Positions 29,749 through 39,390 of a stretch of 64,000 bases of DNA are shown one piece after another. The stretch is from positions 10,231 to 74,230 of the forward strand of contig JAIQEW010000015.1 in assembly GCA_020073605.1 (NCBI GenBank), read 5' to 3'. Made by a program: the position numbers and the translations under genes. Below the pieces are notes generated by a model, which did not search any database, had not been told where the DNA came from, and was given only the letters and a program-made list of their open reading frames with translations. The stretch's first letter is position 1; each line of letters starts with the position of its first letter. This DNA is from Terriglobia bacterium. GTDB taxonomy: Bacteria > Acidobacteriota > Terriglobia > Acidiferrales > UBA7541.

Positions 29749-31044
29749 ATGCCTAATTCCCGCTCATCCGATCTCTTCGACCGCGCCCAGAAGATTCTCG
29801 TCGGCGGCGTCGACAGCCCCGTCCGCGCGTTTCGTGCGGTCGGCGGCCAGCCTCTCGTCATCGACCGCGCCGCCGGCTCGCGCCTCATCGATGCCGACGG
29901 CCGCGAGTACATCGACTACGTCTGCTCGTGGGGCGCGCTGATCCTCGGCCACGCGCAGCCCGACGTGGTCTCCGCCATCGCCGACCAGGCCCGCCTCGGC
30001 ACGAGCTACGGCATGACCTCGCCGCTCGAAATCGAGCTGGGCGAGCGCATCGCTCGCGCGATTCCCTCGATCGAACGCATCCGCTTCGTCAGCTCCGGCA
30101 CCGAGGCGACGATGTCCGCCATCCGCGCCGCTCGCGCCTTCACGAAGCGCGACCTCATCCTCAAATTCGAGGGCGGCTACCACGGCCACGCCGATAGTTT
30201 CCTCGCCGAAGCAGGCTCGGGCCTCGCGACGCTCGGCATTTCCTCGAGCCCGGGCGTTCCCGAAGCGCTCGCCCGCCTCACTCTCAACGCGCCCTATAAC
30301 GACGCCGCTGCCGTCGAGCGCGTCTTCGCCGAGCATGCCGGCAAGATCGCTGCCATCATCGTTGAGCCGGTTGCCGCCAACATGGGTGTCGTCCCGCCCG
30401 CGCCCGGCTTCCTCGAGTCGCTCCGCAAAATCACACAGCGCGATGGCGCGATCCTCATCTTCGACGAGGTGATCACCGGCTTCCGCCTCACCTACGGCGG
30501 CGCCCAATCGCTGTTCAAAATCCATCCCGACATGACCGTGCTCGGCAAAATCATCGGTGGGGGATTGCCGGTTGCGGCCTACGGCGGACGTCGCGAGATC
30601 ATGGAGTTGATCGCCCCCCTCGGCCCGGTCTATCAGGCGGGGACTCTCTCCGGGAACCCTTTGGCCATGCGCGCCGGCCTGGCGATGCTGACAAAGCTCG
30701 AAGCCCCCGGCTTCTATCCCGAGCTCGATAAGAAAGCCAGAAACCTCGCCGAAGGCCTGCGCACCGCCTTGCGGGAATTCGGCGTCCCTGGACAAGTCAA
30801 CGCCTCCGGCTCATTGCTCACCCTGTTTTTCTCCGCCGAGCCGGTCCGTGACTATTCCGGCGCCAAGAAATCCGACACCGCCCGCTTTGCCGCCTTCTTC
30901 CGCGAGATGCTGGCGCAGGGCGTCCTCCTGCCCCCATCCCAGTTCGAGGCTCTCTTCGTCTCCGCCGCCCACACGGACGACGACATCAGCCGCACCCTCG
31001 CCGCAGCCCGCGCGAGCCTGAAGGCCATCTCCGCACCCAAGTAA
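29749..31044 (+). CDS. hemL: Glutamate-1-semialdehyde 2,1-aminomutase
   Basis: Start at MPNSRSSDLFDRAQKILVGGVDSPVRAF. PLP-lysine context LGKIIGGG. 431 aa. Confidence 0.92.
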   Translation: MPNSRSSDLFDRAQKILVGGVDSPVRAFRAVGGQPLVIDRAAGSRLIDADGREYIDYVCSWGALILGHAQPDVVSAIADQARLGTSYGMTSPLEIELGERIARAIPSIERIRFVSSGTEATMSAIRAARAFTKRDLILKFEGGYHGHADSFLAEAGSGLATLGISSSPGVPEALARLTLNAPYNDAAAVERVFAEHAGKIAAIIVEPVAANMGVVPPAPGFLESLRKITQRDGAILIFDEVITGFRLTYGGAQSLFKIHPDMTVLGKIIGGGLPVAAYGGRREIMELIAPLGPVYQAGTLSGNPLAMRAGLAMLTKLEAPGFYPELDKKARNLAEGLRTALREFGVPGQVNASGSLLTLFFSAEPVRDYSGAKKSDTARFAAFFREMLAQGVLLPPSQFEALFVSAAHTDDDISRTLAAARASLKAISAPK

Positions 31045-31348
31045 GCGATCGAGGGGCAGGGAACTGAGCGATGAGCTGCTGGCTGCCTTAATTAGCTCCT
31101 GCTGCCCCGTCACGATGTCTTCTCACTTCGCCCGAGTCCGTGCCAATCGCAGTCACGTCAGTCTCTGCTTTGCATGGGGACTAAGTGGAAAACGCTTGCC
31201 ACTCGAATAGTACTTGCCCGCCCAAATCAACGTTTCTGGCTCGCCAACACCCTCTGACACACTGAAAATACGCCGGTTACGCAAACCCCAAAATGGTAGT
31301 ACTCATGCACTCCTCGTCGGCGTTAGGCGAAAAGGAGACCCCTCTTCC

Positions 31349-31960
31349 ATGGTCTTGGCAATGGCCGCTCTGCTTTTTCAACTGGCGCCGGCAACACAGG
31401 CGCTGCCCGATGTCGTGCTAAAGCCGCTGACGCCAGCCGCGAAGGCCGCCCCAGCGACTCCCGCTGCGGCCGAGCCGGCCACGAACCGCACGAGCGAGGC
31501 CAAGACCTCTTCGAACGCGGCCTCCTCCAACTCCTACGCCGAGACCGCGTTTGACAGCGCCTCGGCGAACTCGAAAGCCTTCTCGACGGTTCGCCTCCCG
31601 GAGCCGCAGCCTGCAAAGCCCGTGGAGGTCATTCCAGCTTTGGAGATGCCCTCGCGCCGGAACTGGCTGATCCTGTCGGTCGCGCAGCACAGCGCTGCCG
31701 CGTTCGACGCCTACTCCACGCGCCGGGCTATTTCGACCGGAGCGTCGGAAGGCGACCCGATGATGCGTCCCTTCGCCCATTCGCCGGGCATCTACGCCGC
31801 GATTCAGGCCGGCCCCGTGGTTCTCGACTATGTCGGGCGCCGCATGCAGCGCAGCCAGAACAACTTTCTGCGGCACACTTGGTGGCTCCCGCAATCGGTG
31901 AGCACCGGGATTTTCCTTTTCTCTGGCGTTCACAACATGAACGTCGCCAATCGGCACTAG
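31349..31960 (+). CDS. Hypothetical secreted/membrane protein
   Basis: AAGGAG SD lies 11 nt before ATG 31349. Signal-like MVLAMAALLFQLAPATQA, a low-complexity Ala/Pro/Ser region, then a hydrophobic C-terminus. No family was recognised. Confidence 0.5.
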   Translation: MVLAMAALLFQLAPATQALPDVVLKPLTPAAKAAPATPAAAEPATNRTSEAKTSSNAASSNSYAETAFDSASANSKAFSTVRLPEPQPAKPVEVIPALEMPSRRNWLILSVAQHSAAAFDAYSTRRAISTGASEGDPMMRPFAHSPGIYAAIQAGPVVLDYVGRRMQRSQNNFLRHTWWLPQSVSTGIFLFSGVHNMNVANRH

Positions 31961-32010
31961 GTTCGTTTCACCTGTAGTCGCTTCACTCCCTGGCGGGAGC
32001 ATCGTAGTCG

Positions 32011-32047
32011 GACACCCGGGCCTCTCCTCCCGGGTGTCTTTTTGTTT
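32011..32047 (+). terminator. Rho-independent terminator
   Basis: GACACCCGGG-cctctcct-CCCGGGTGTC followed by TTTTTGTTT, about 50 nt after the 31960 stop. Confidence 0.7.
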
Positions 32048-32214
32048 GGCCTCCTCGTCCCTCTCAAAAATCTCAAATTCCTCTTTTCTTCTCAGTGAAA
32101 CCACGTAGAATGTGCGCCTCATTGTTGCAGGCTTCGCTCGATGGGCCTCCCGGCCTTGCGAGAGGCGCTGTTACACACTCTTCGCCGCTTTTCTTGAGAA
32201 GAGGAGCATTCGGG

Positions 32215-35200
32215 GTGGTGGCGGAAGTTCCGGCACAGGCTGTCCAAATTGCCAGGCGCCTATTGCGCGCGTTGGTGCTCGTGTGCGCGGCGCTGTTGTG
32301 GTCCGGTGTTGCCGGTGCGCAAACCACGGGCGCGATTCGCGGCGAGGTGAGGGACCCTTCGGGAGCGGTCGTGCAGGATGCCGTTTTGACCGCCACTCTC
32401 GCCGGCACCGATACCTCGCGCTCGGTTTCGAGCGGACCCGATGGCACCTTCGAGCTCCCCGAACTTCCCGTCGGAAACTATGCACTGGCCGCCGAAGCGC
32501 GCGGCTTCAAGAAATTTGCCGCGCGGGATGTCGCCGTCACAATTGGCCACGTGGCCATCGTGAGCGTCGCTCTCGAAGTCGGTGGATCGACTGAAACGGT
32601 CACCGTGCAGGCCGACGCCGTTCAGGTTGAGTCCACGAGCACCCAGCTCGGCGCGGTGATGTCCGAGACCGCCGTCCGGGAACTCCCGCTCAGCAGCCGC
32701 GACACCTACCAGCTCCTTCAGTTGCAGCCCGGCGTGCAATCGCAGGTGGGCGCGGATCTCTTCTACGGCAGCGACAACGCCGGCGTTGTCTCCGTCAACG
32801 GTGGCCGCGGCCGCTCGAACAATTACATGGTCAACGGCGGCGATGGCAACGACATCTTCGCGAACGGTCCCGCCATCCAGCCTTCGCCCGACGCCATCGA
32901 GCAGTTTCGCGTCATCACGAATACCTTCGACGCCGAATACGGCCGCAACTCCGGCTCCGTCGTCAACGTCGTCACCAAGTCCGGCACCAACAATCTTCAC
33001 GGCGACTTCTACGAATTCTTCCGCAACGACGTGCTCAACACGCGGAGCATCATCGATAAGCTGAACAACCAGAACGCCCCCACGCTTGAATACAAGCAAA
33101 ATCAGTTTGGCGCCACGCTCGGCGCCCCGGTCAAGAAAGACCGGACGTTCATTTTCGGCTCATACGAAGGGAATCGCCTTCGGAAGGGAATCAATGCGGG
33201 CACAGTGCTGTACCCCACTGCGTCCGAGCGCGCGGGAGACTTCAGCGCCACGGGCCCTGCGTTCGTCGGCACGCTCGTCGATGACGCATTTGCGACGCTG
33301 CTCGCGAACCGCACGAGCAATCCCAGCAATCCGGGCCGAACGTGCCAGCAGGCTGTAACGGCCATCGGCGGGCAGCCGATTGCCGCCGGAACGCTTTTCT
33401 CCGCTATCTTTCCGAACAACCGGATTCCCGTCGAATGCTTCGACCCGACCGCAGTCGCGATTTACGATCGGTGGGTCGCGCCTTTCGCCGGATCCTGCGA
33501 CTCGCTGGACAGCTGCAATCTTCCTTCGATCGATGGCCAGCGCGACCGTCGCGACCAGTTCACGATTCGCTTCGATCACAAAATCACCAACTCGCAGCAG
33601 TTCAGCGCCTATTTCTATTTCGAGGACGACGATCGGACCGATCCCTTCTCGACTTTTCAGGGAGCCGGCGCGAACGTTCCCGGATTCGGCGCTCTCTTTA
33701 AGACGCGCACCCAGCAGTGGAACCTCAGCCATACTTGGACCATCGGTTCCGACAGCGTCAACGAATTCCGCTTCAACTATTTTCGCGAAGGCCAGGGCAA
33801 TCTCAACCATCCGCTGAATATTCTGCCCAGCGTTCACGATTCCTGCGGCTCCGCTCTCGTCTCTACGTGCTTCACCGATCCCGCCAACCCGTCGGCCGGA
33901 ATAACGTCTGATATCCCCGGACGCCAGGGCGTGCCAAGCATTCTGATCACCGGCGGATTTTCCATCGGCAACAACAACGAAGGCGAGCTTCCGCAGACCG
34001 GCAACACCTTTCAGTGGACGGACAATTTCACGAAGGCGTTCTCGAAGCACACGGTAAAATTCGGAGGCGACGTTCGCCGCCAGCGTTTCGACCAGTTCCT
34101 CTATTTCGATATCAACGGGTTCTTCACATTCCTGAGCGACTCGAATCTGTGCGTCTCTGGCCCGGCGACAAGTTGCGACGCGCCCTCCACCAACGACGTC
34201 GGGTTCTCGAGCGCCTATCCCGGCTATTTTCTTGGTACCTCCAGCAGCTACACGCAGGGAGCAGCGCAGGGCCAGAACGATCGCAATACGGCCTTGTATC
34301 TCTTCGCGCAGGATAGCTGGAAGCTCAAATCGAACCTCACCCTCAATTACGGCCTGCGCTGGGAGCTGAACACGCCGTACTACGATCGCGGCAATCGCCT
34401 GCAGACATTTCGTCCCGGCCAGGCGACTTCGCAATTCCCGTGCTGGATGTCCCAGGCCAGCGCCGACAGCACGGGGCTTTCGGCAGGGGACTGCGGTCCC
34501 GGCAGCGGCAACGATTCGATCTTCCCGTACGGCCTCGTCTTCCCCGGAGACACAGGAGTGTCGCGCGGTCTCACGAGCACGTACTACAAGGCCTTCGCTC
34601 CGCGCATTGGTCTCGCGTGGAGCCCGTCGCGGACCGATGGCTGGCTGGCGAAGCTCACCGGCGGCCCCGGAAAGTCGAGCATTCGCGCCGGTTACGGCAT
34701 CTTCTACAATCCGATTGAGCAACTCGTCCTCGAGCAATTCAGCGCCGAGCCTCCCTTCGGAGGCAGCGCGTCGCTCACCAACACCCTCTTCAATCTGCCG
34801 TTTCAGTCCCAGTCTGGCGGCAACCCGTTCCCGAATGTCTTCGGAGGGATTATTCACCAGACGCCTGCCACTCCGTGCGCCTCCGATTTTGCGGGTGGTC
34901 CCGCGGGCTGCGTCGATTGGTCTCAATTCCGGCCCATTCTGCTCGCCGGTGAATTCCAGCCTCATCTGCGCTCTCAGTATTCCGAGCAGTACAACCTGAC
35001 GATCGAGCGCCAGTTAACCAAGGACATGCTTTTGCGCGTCGCCTATGTCGGTACGCAAGCGCATCACCTCCTTGCGATCCACGACCTGAATCCCGGAAAC
35101 GCGCAGACGTGTCTCGACCTTCAGGCCGTCTCGGAGTTCTACGCAACGTCCGATCCCGGCCTCAGCGCGACCTACGCCTGCGGCCCGTTCGGCGCGGACA

Positions 35201-36126
35201 ACGCTTACAGTTTGCCGGCCGGCTCGCTTCCTTCCGGCTTCACGGTTCATCTTCCTTACGGTCCCAATTCCTCGGTCGCGGGTGGTCCTGAATCGCCCGC
35301 GATCACGCTCGTCGGCCTCCGCCCGTATTCTTCGCCGATCTGCCAGCCCATCGGTGGCTCGGGCTGTCCGCCCGATGGCGTCCCGGTCTTCAGCAACATC
35401 TTTGCCGAGGACACGATCGCCAACTCGAACTACAACGGATTGCAAGTCTCCGTCGAGCGCAACCTCTCCAAGGGCTTGCTCTTCCAGGCGTCGTACACGT
35501 ACAGCAAGGCAATCGACCAGGGCGCATCGTTTGAGAATGAGCTCAATCCCCTCGACTTCCGGGCCACGCGCGGTCTTTCGCTTGTGGACGCGCGCCACCG
35601 CTTCGTCTTCAGCCCCTACTGGGAGCTTCCCATATCCAAGCTAAGTGGCGCCGCGGGCAAGTTTGCAAACGGCTGGGCCGTCTCCGCCATCATCACCTAC
35701 CAGAGCGGCTTTCCGATCCGCATGCAGACGCAGGACGATCTCGAGCTCCAGAGCAGCTACTTCTTTGAGGACGCCAACACGCCCCAAATCGATGGGCGGG
35801 TTCAGTTCGTCCATCCGAAGACGAGCAATACTTTTCAGTGGTTTGATCCATCCAACATCAGCGACCCGGCCCCGGGCACTTTCGGCAACATGCCGCATTC
35901 GCTCTGCTGTGGCCCGGCGATCAGCAACACGGATTTCTCCATAGAGAAGCACACCGCCATAGGCGAGCGTTGGTCCACGGAATTCCGCGCGGAGTTTTAC
36001 AACCTCTGGAACCATACACAGTTTGCCAATCCCGACGGCAACTTCAGCGACACCACGTTCGGCCAAATTCAGAAGACGCGCGAAGATCCCCGCGTCATCC
36101 AGTTCGCCCTCAAGTTCCTCTTCTGA
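32215..36126 (+). CDS. TonB-dependent outer-membrane receptor with N-terminal carboxypeptidase-regulatory-like domain
   Basis: GTG 32215 lies 8 nt after GAGGAG. Signal peptide ..LVLVCAALLWSGVAGAQ. CarboxypepD_reg segment (IRGEVRDPSGAVVQDA..GTFELPELPVGNY). Plug region (ETVTVQADAVQVEST..). Ends in FALKFLF (terminal Phe). Confidence 0.85.
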   Translation: MVAEVPAQAVQIARRLLRALVLVCAALLWSGVAGAQTTGAIRGEVRDPSGAVVQDAVLTATLAGTDTSRSVSSGPDGTFELPELPVGNYALAAEARGFKKFAARDVAVTIGHVAIVSVALEVGGSTETVTVQADAVQVESTSTQLGAVMSETAVRELPLSSRDTYQLLQLQPGVQSQVGADLFYGSDNAGVVSVNGGRGRSNNYMVNGGDGNDIFANGPAIQPSPDAIEQFRVITNTFDAEYGRNSGSVVNVVTKSGTNNLHGDFYEFFRNDVLNTRSIIDKLNNQNAPTLEYKQNQFGATLGAPVKKDRTFIFGSYEGNRLRKGINAGTVLYPTASERAGDFSATGPAFVGTLVDDAFATLLANRTSNPSNPGRTCQQAVTAIGGQPIAAGTLFSAIFPNNRIPVECFDPTAVAIYDRWVAPFAGSCDSLDSCNLPSIDGQRDRRDQFTIRFDHKITNSQQFSAYFYFEDDDRTDPFSTFQGAGANVPGFGALFKTRTQQWNLSHTWTIGSDSVNEFRFNYFREGQGNLNHPLNILPSVHDSCGSALVSTCFTDPANPSAGITSDIPGRQGVPSILITGGFSIGNNNEGELPQTGNTFQWTDNFTKAFSKHTVKFGGDVRRQRFDQFLYFDINGFFTFLSDSNLCVSGPATSCDAPSTNDVGFSSAYPGYFLGTSSSYTQGAAQGQNDRNTALYLFAQDSWKLKSNLTLNYGLRWELNTPYYDRGNRLQTFRPGQATSQFPCWMSQASADSTGLSAGDCGPGSGNDSIFPYGLVFPGDTGVSRGLTSTYYKAFAPRIGLAWSPSRTDGWLAKLTGGPGKSSIRAGYGIFYNPIEQLVLEQFSAEPPFGGSASLTNTLFNLPFQSQSGGNPFPNVFGGIIHQTPATPCASDFAGGPAGCVDWSQFRPILLAGEFQPHLRSQYSEQYNLTIERQLTKDMLLRVAYVGTQAHHLLAIHDLNPGNAQTCLDLQAVSEFYATSDPGLSATYACGPFGADNAYSLPAGSLPSGFTVHLPYGPNSSVAGGPESPAITLVGLRPYSSPICQPIGGSGCPPDGVPVFSNIFAEDTIANSNYNGLQVSVERNLSKGLLFQASYTYSKAIDQGASFENELNPLDFRATRGLSLVDARHRFVFSPYWELPISKLSGAAGKFANGWAVSAIITYQSGFPIRMQTQDDLELQSSYFFEDANTPQIDGRVQFVHPKTSNTFQWFDPSNISDPAPGTFGNMPHSLCCGPAISNTDFSIEKHTAIGERWSTEFRAEFYNLWNHTQFANPDGNFSDTTFGQIQKTREDPRVIQFALKFLF

Positions 36127-36399
36127 TCGCGTCGTGTATGTCGCTCAGGTCATCCCGATTGGCTGTACCGGAGAGACGTGGGGCCCTATGGTTCTGTCCT
36201 AAGAGAAGTTGTCGCTTGCTGCGGCAGGCACCCGGCTTTGTGGCACAGACACTCCTGTCTGTACCCGGCGCACATGCTTGGCATGATGCCGCCCATCCGC
36301 ACACGGTTTGCTTTCTAGCAGAACTGTCGGCTTTCGGTGCCAGCCGGTCTAGGAACGACGAGAAGGGAACTGCCCTCTCACCGCGCCGCGCAGGATTGC

Positions 36400-36480
36400 G
36401 GTGGAAGGGCGGGGATGAATCCCCGCCGTGAACGGCGGCACGAAGTGCGTAGTATGCATTCCGGGTGCTCGTGCGGAACG
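36400..36480 (+). repeat. REP/MITE-like element, diverged copy (GGGCGGGGATGAATCCCCGCC hairpin)
   Basis: Hairpin at 36407-36427 preceded by GTGGAA, as in the other copies. Intergenic between the TonB receptor and terC. Confidence 0.6.
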
Positions 36481-36655
36481 CTTTCCATTGCGCGCTTCAT
36501 CCGCAGCGTGTTTTCGAATTTCCGGTGCCATTCAATCTCCCAAGGTCGTCGGCCACCATCAACGGCGGACGACCTGAAAGCCCTGGCACTGCACAGTTTC
36601 TGTCGCAGCTTGTAGTTGCGCTGCCTGTTCCCCTCGTCGATGGCGTCGCTAGCGG

Positions 36656-37585
36656 CTAATGTGTTGCCGTTTCATTGCCGGGCCACAGCACCGACGCACC
36701 GATCATCACGGCAACAATCCCGAGGATCGTCCCAAGCGATGCGCCGGTCGATATCGGAATCCAATCGCTCGCCACCATTTTTGCGCCTGTGAACAATAGG
36801 ATCGCCGCCAGCCCCGGCCGGAGAAACCGGAATCGCGGCAGTACGTCTGCCAATCCAAAATACAGCGCACGCAGACCAAGGATGGCAAACACGTTCGACG
36901 AATACGCGATGAAGCTGTCCCGCGTTATGGCCAGCACCGCCGGCACGGAATCGACCGCAAAGACAATGTCCGTTGCCTCCACCGCCACCAGCGCCAGAAA
37001 CAACGGCGTAGCGTTCCATTGCCCTCCTCGGCGCACCCAGAAGCTTTCCCCTTCGTACTGCGTGGTTACCGGGACCGCCATCCGTACCAGCCGCACGAGC
37101 CAGTTGCGCTCCGGCTTCACCATGTGAGCGCTCGGCAGTAGCATCCGCACCGCCGTCAGAAGCAACACGGCCCCGAACACGAACAGCACCCAGTGAAAAC
37201 TGCGCAGCAGCGCAACACCCGCAAACACAAACGCGGCCCGCATCACCAGTGCGCCAACCACTCCGTAGTAAAGCACCTTGTGCTGCGCCTGGGCCGGAAC
37301 GGCCAGGCTCTGGAAGATCAGCAGGAATACGAATATATTGTCCACGCTCAGCGATTTCTCTACCAGGTAGCCGGTGAGAAATTCGAGCCCCGCCTGATGG
37401 CCGCGTGCGTGGTATAGCCACAGGTTGAACAAAAGCGCGACGCTGATCCATGCCGCGCTCTCCGCAATCGCCTCCTTCAGCCCAATCCGGTGAGCCTTGC
37501 GGTGAAACACCCCGAGATCGACGACGATTGCCACCGCAATCGCGACCCCGAAAACGACCCATACGTGGACCGGAGTGCTGAACAT
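36656..37585 (-). CDS. terC: TerC-family integral membrane protein
   Basis: 309 aa with YLVEKSLSVDNIFVFLLIF and ATDIVFAVDSVPAVLAIT, the TerC/Alx signature. GGGGAG SD before the ATG. Confidence 0.88.
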   Translation of the reverse strand: MFSTPVHVWVVFGVAIAVAIVVDLGVFHRKAHRIGLKEAIAESAAWISVALLFNLWLYHARGHQAGLEFLTGYLVEKSLSVDNIFVFLLIFQSLAVPAQAQHKVLYYGVVGALVMRAAFVFAGVALLRSFHWVLFVFGAVLLLTAVRMLLPSAHMVKPERNWLVRLVRMAVPVTTQYEGESFWVRRGGQWNATPLFLALVAVEATDIVFAVDSVPAVLAITRDSFIAYSSNVFAILGLRALYFGLADVLPRFRFLRPGLAAILLFTGAKMVASDWIPISTGASLGTILGIVAVMIGASVLWPGNETATH

Positions 37586-37689
37586 TCGCCGCGAACTCCC
37601 CTACGCCTCGGCCAGTCTAGCTAGCAGGTTGCCGAAACGCCAAGCACTCATCGCCACCCCCAGTATCTCGTGTAACACAAACATAATAT

Positions 37690-38859
37690 TCATTTGGGGA
37701 ACGCAAGTGGGAAGTGTTCAGCATGAGCATCCGGGATGCATGCCGCGCACTTTGCGCGGGCAGGAAGGAGGAACCGGGAACAAGGAGGATGAGGACCTAG
37801 CGGATTGTGCGCGGGCGAGTTGCACGTCAGCGGCGGCGCGCTAATGGTGGCGGCGTAGCCTCCTGCTGCGCCGACGCCCGCGCCGACGACGAACCACATC
37901 GTATTGCGGCGCAAGCGTCGCCAGAAGCTGCCGCCCTTTGCGGCGGTGATGGCAGCGTCGCGTTCACGAATGAGCGCGACGATCTTCGCGGCGTCGTCGG
38001 ACTTGTCCTGGCGCGCGGCGGCGAGCTGCGCCTGGCAGGCGCGGCAATCCTGGACGAAATCGTAGAGGGGCTTCAGGTCGCCGGCGGGAATTTGCGCGGA
38101 ACAGTTGTTGGGTGGGTCGCACGAAGGAGGCACGGCCACTTGCTGCGAGAGATTCTGCGCACTGGAAGGCGCTTCGCGTCGTCCTTCTATTTTGGGTCCA
38201 AAGGTCCGCCCCCCTGAAGAAAGGCCCTCGCGGCTGGCAAGCCTTTCTGCGTCAAGGCGAGCCTGAGCGGCGTGAATTTGGGCAGAGCAGTCGTCAGGCG
38301 GACTGCACGAAGGAGGCACGAGTACTTGCTGCAAAAGAACCTGCGCATCGGAAGGCGCTATCGCGCCGGCATTCTTGGCGGGGATAAATCCCCGCCCTTC
38401 CACTGTGGAAGGGGATTCGCGCCAGTCGATCCGGCTTCCTGAAGAAGAGGCCTCAGGGCCGGCGACGTTTCCTTCGTCAGGGCGAGCCTGAGCGACATGG
38501 CTCGCAGCGGAGGTTTCCTGGAGGGTACTTCCCTTCTCCGAGCGGGTCGCGGCGGATGGGGCGGTGCTCGCAAGCGTGATCGGTTGCGGGAGCGGGAGAT
38601 ATTTTGGGAGGTCGCGCACGATTTGGGCGGGCGTCTGCGCGGCGCGCTTGAGCTTTTCGATTTGCGCGAGCGTCACGTCGAGAGTGGTCTGGCGGGAGCG
38701 CTCGCGAGAGTCGGCGGCGTCAATGAGCTGCTTCTGCGCGGCAAGCGTGGACGCGAGGCGCACCTGTTCGTCGCGGGACGCGAGCCATGCGTGAGCCGCC
38801 AGCGCGGCGACGAGCAGCGCTGCGGAGAATGCGGCGATTTCGAGTGTGCGGCGAGTCAT
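37690..38859 (-). CDS. Hypothetical bitopic protein (N-terminal TM, coiled coil, CxxC, C-terminal TM) containing an internal repeat-derived duplication
   Basis: 389-aa ORF. TM helix IAAFSAALLVAALAAHAWL, helical region, DFVQDCRACQAQL, and a second TM helix MWFVVGAGVGAAGGYAA. The middle part is encoded by tandem REP-bearing DNA, so gene integrity is uncertain. Confidence 0.45.
   Translation of the reverse strand: MTRRTLEIAAFSAALLVAALAAHAWLASRDEQVRLASTLAAQKQLIDAADSRERSRQTTLDVTLAQIEKLKRAAQTPAQIVRDLPKYLPLPQPITLASTAPSAATRSEKGSTLQETSAASHVAQARPDEGNVAGPEASSSGSRIDWRESPSTVEGRGFIPAKNAGAIAPSDAQVLLQQVLVPPSCSPPDDCSAQIHAAQARLDAERLASREGLSSGGRTFGPKIEGRREAPSSAQNLSQQVAVPPSCDPPNNCSAQIPAGDLKPLYDFVQDCRACQAQLAAARQDKSDDAAKIVALIRERDAAITAAKGGSFWRRLRRNTMWFVVGAGVGAAGGYAATISAPPLTCNSPAHNPLGPHPPCSRFLLPARAKCAACIPDAHAEHFPLAFPK
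38119..38500. repeat. Two diverged tandem copies (about 190-225 bp each) carrying REP modules, inside the 389-aa ORF
   Basis: Anchors GCACGAAGGAGGCACG (38119 / 38305), CCTGAAGA (38213 / 38438) and GGCGAGCCTGAGCG (38256 / 38481). The second copy carries GGCGGGGATAAATCCCCGCCC at 38377-38397. Confidence 0.7.
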
Positions 38860-38903
38860 GGAGGCAGTGGTCCTTTGTCCGCCAAAGCGGACTCACGGCA
38901 AGC

Positions 38904-38965
38904 GAGTGGCTAGTGACTAGAGGTCAATGATTCGTGACTGGTGACTGGTAATTGGTGACTTGTGG
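38904..38965. repeat. Heptad-periodic GTGRYTN tract
   Basis: GTGGCTA GTGACTA .. GTGACTG GTGACTG GTAATTG GTGACTT GTGGCCA, lying 45 nt 5' of the minus-strand start at 38859. Confidence 0.75.
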
Positions 38966-39110
38966 CCAAGTCCCGCCCTTCAAGGCAGCGTGTGTCGCGG
39001 AACGCGAACAGAAGACTTGCTGCGACAGGGACAGCGCAAGGGAAAGCGCTCTGCGTGACCCACGAATGTGGGAGCTGAATACCCGACCCCCATGGGGCGC
39101 GGGCGTTTGC

Positions 39111-39352
39111 GATGCAAGTTCCCTGGTGCGGTCAATGCCGAGAGTACTTGCTGCGGGTGATGCTGCGCATCGGAAGGCGCTGTCGCCCAGCATTTTTGGC
39201 GGGGATAAATCCCCGCCCTTCCACCGTTGGTGGAGTGCTACGCGCGTCGCCAATTTTCGCGGAGATGAATCCCCGCTTTCATCGCGTGCGGGACGCCGAA
39301 TGGGCAGCATCGAGCCGGGGGTCGGTGAAGACCACAGCCAGGATTGGCTGTG
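39111..39352. repeat. Cluster of REP/MITE-like modules (AGTTCCCTG..AGTACTTGCTGCG..GCGCATCGGAAGGCGCT plus three hairpins)
   Basis: Hairpins at 39198-39218 (GGCGGGGATAAATCCCCGCCC), 39259-39276 (degenerate) and 39333-39352 (CACAGCC-aggat-GGCTGTG). The ORFs here only translate the repeats. Confidence 0.7.
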
Positions 39353-39390
39353 CTACGAAACCATTCGGGAATAGGCGGCGCGAGCGGAAT

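Noticed and set aside
37586-37700. yybP-ykoY (Mn2+/alx-type) riboswitch in the terC leader
   Set aside because: terC/alx genes often carry this riboswitch. The leader does contain CTGGGGGTGGCG .. CTTGGCG .. TAGACTGGCC, but the hallmark GGGGAGUAG and UUGACAU/AGACC elements are not matched. The GGGGAG near the ATG is simply the SD. Only an Rfam RF00080 cmsearch could rescue this call.
38924-39310. 128-aa ORF (and ORFs 38952-39374, 39112-39594, 39995-40264, 40289-40831)
   Set aside because: They are concatenated translations of REP/MITE modules (WKGGDLSPP, FRCAASPAAS) or of the opposite strand of the sedolisin gene. They have no start context or domain.
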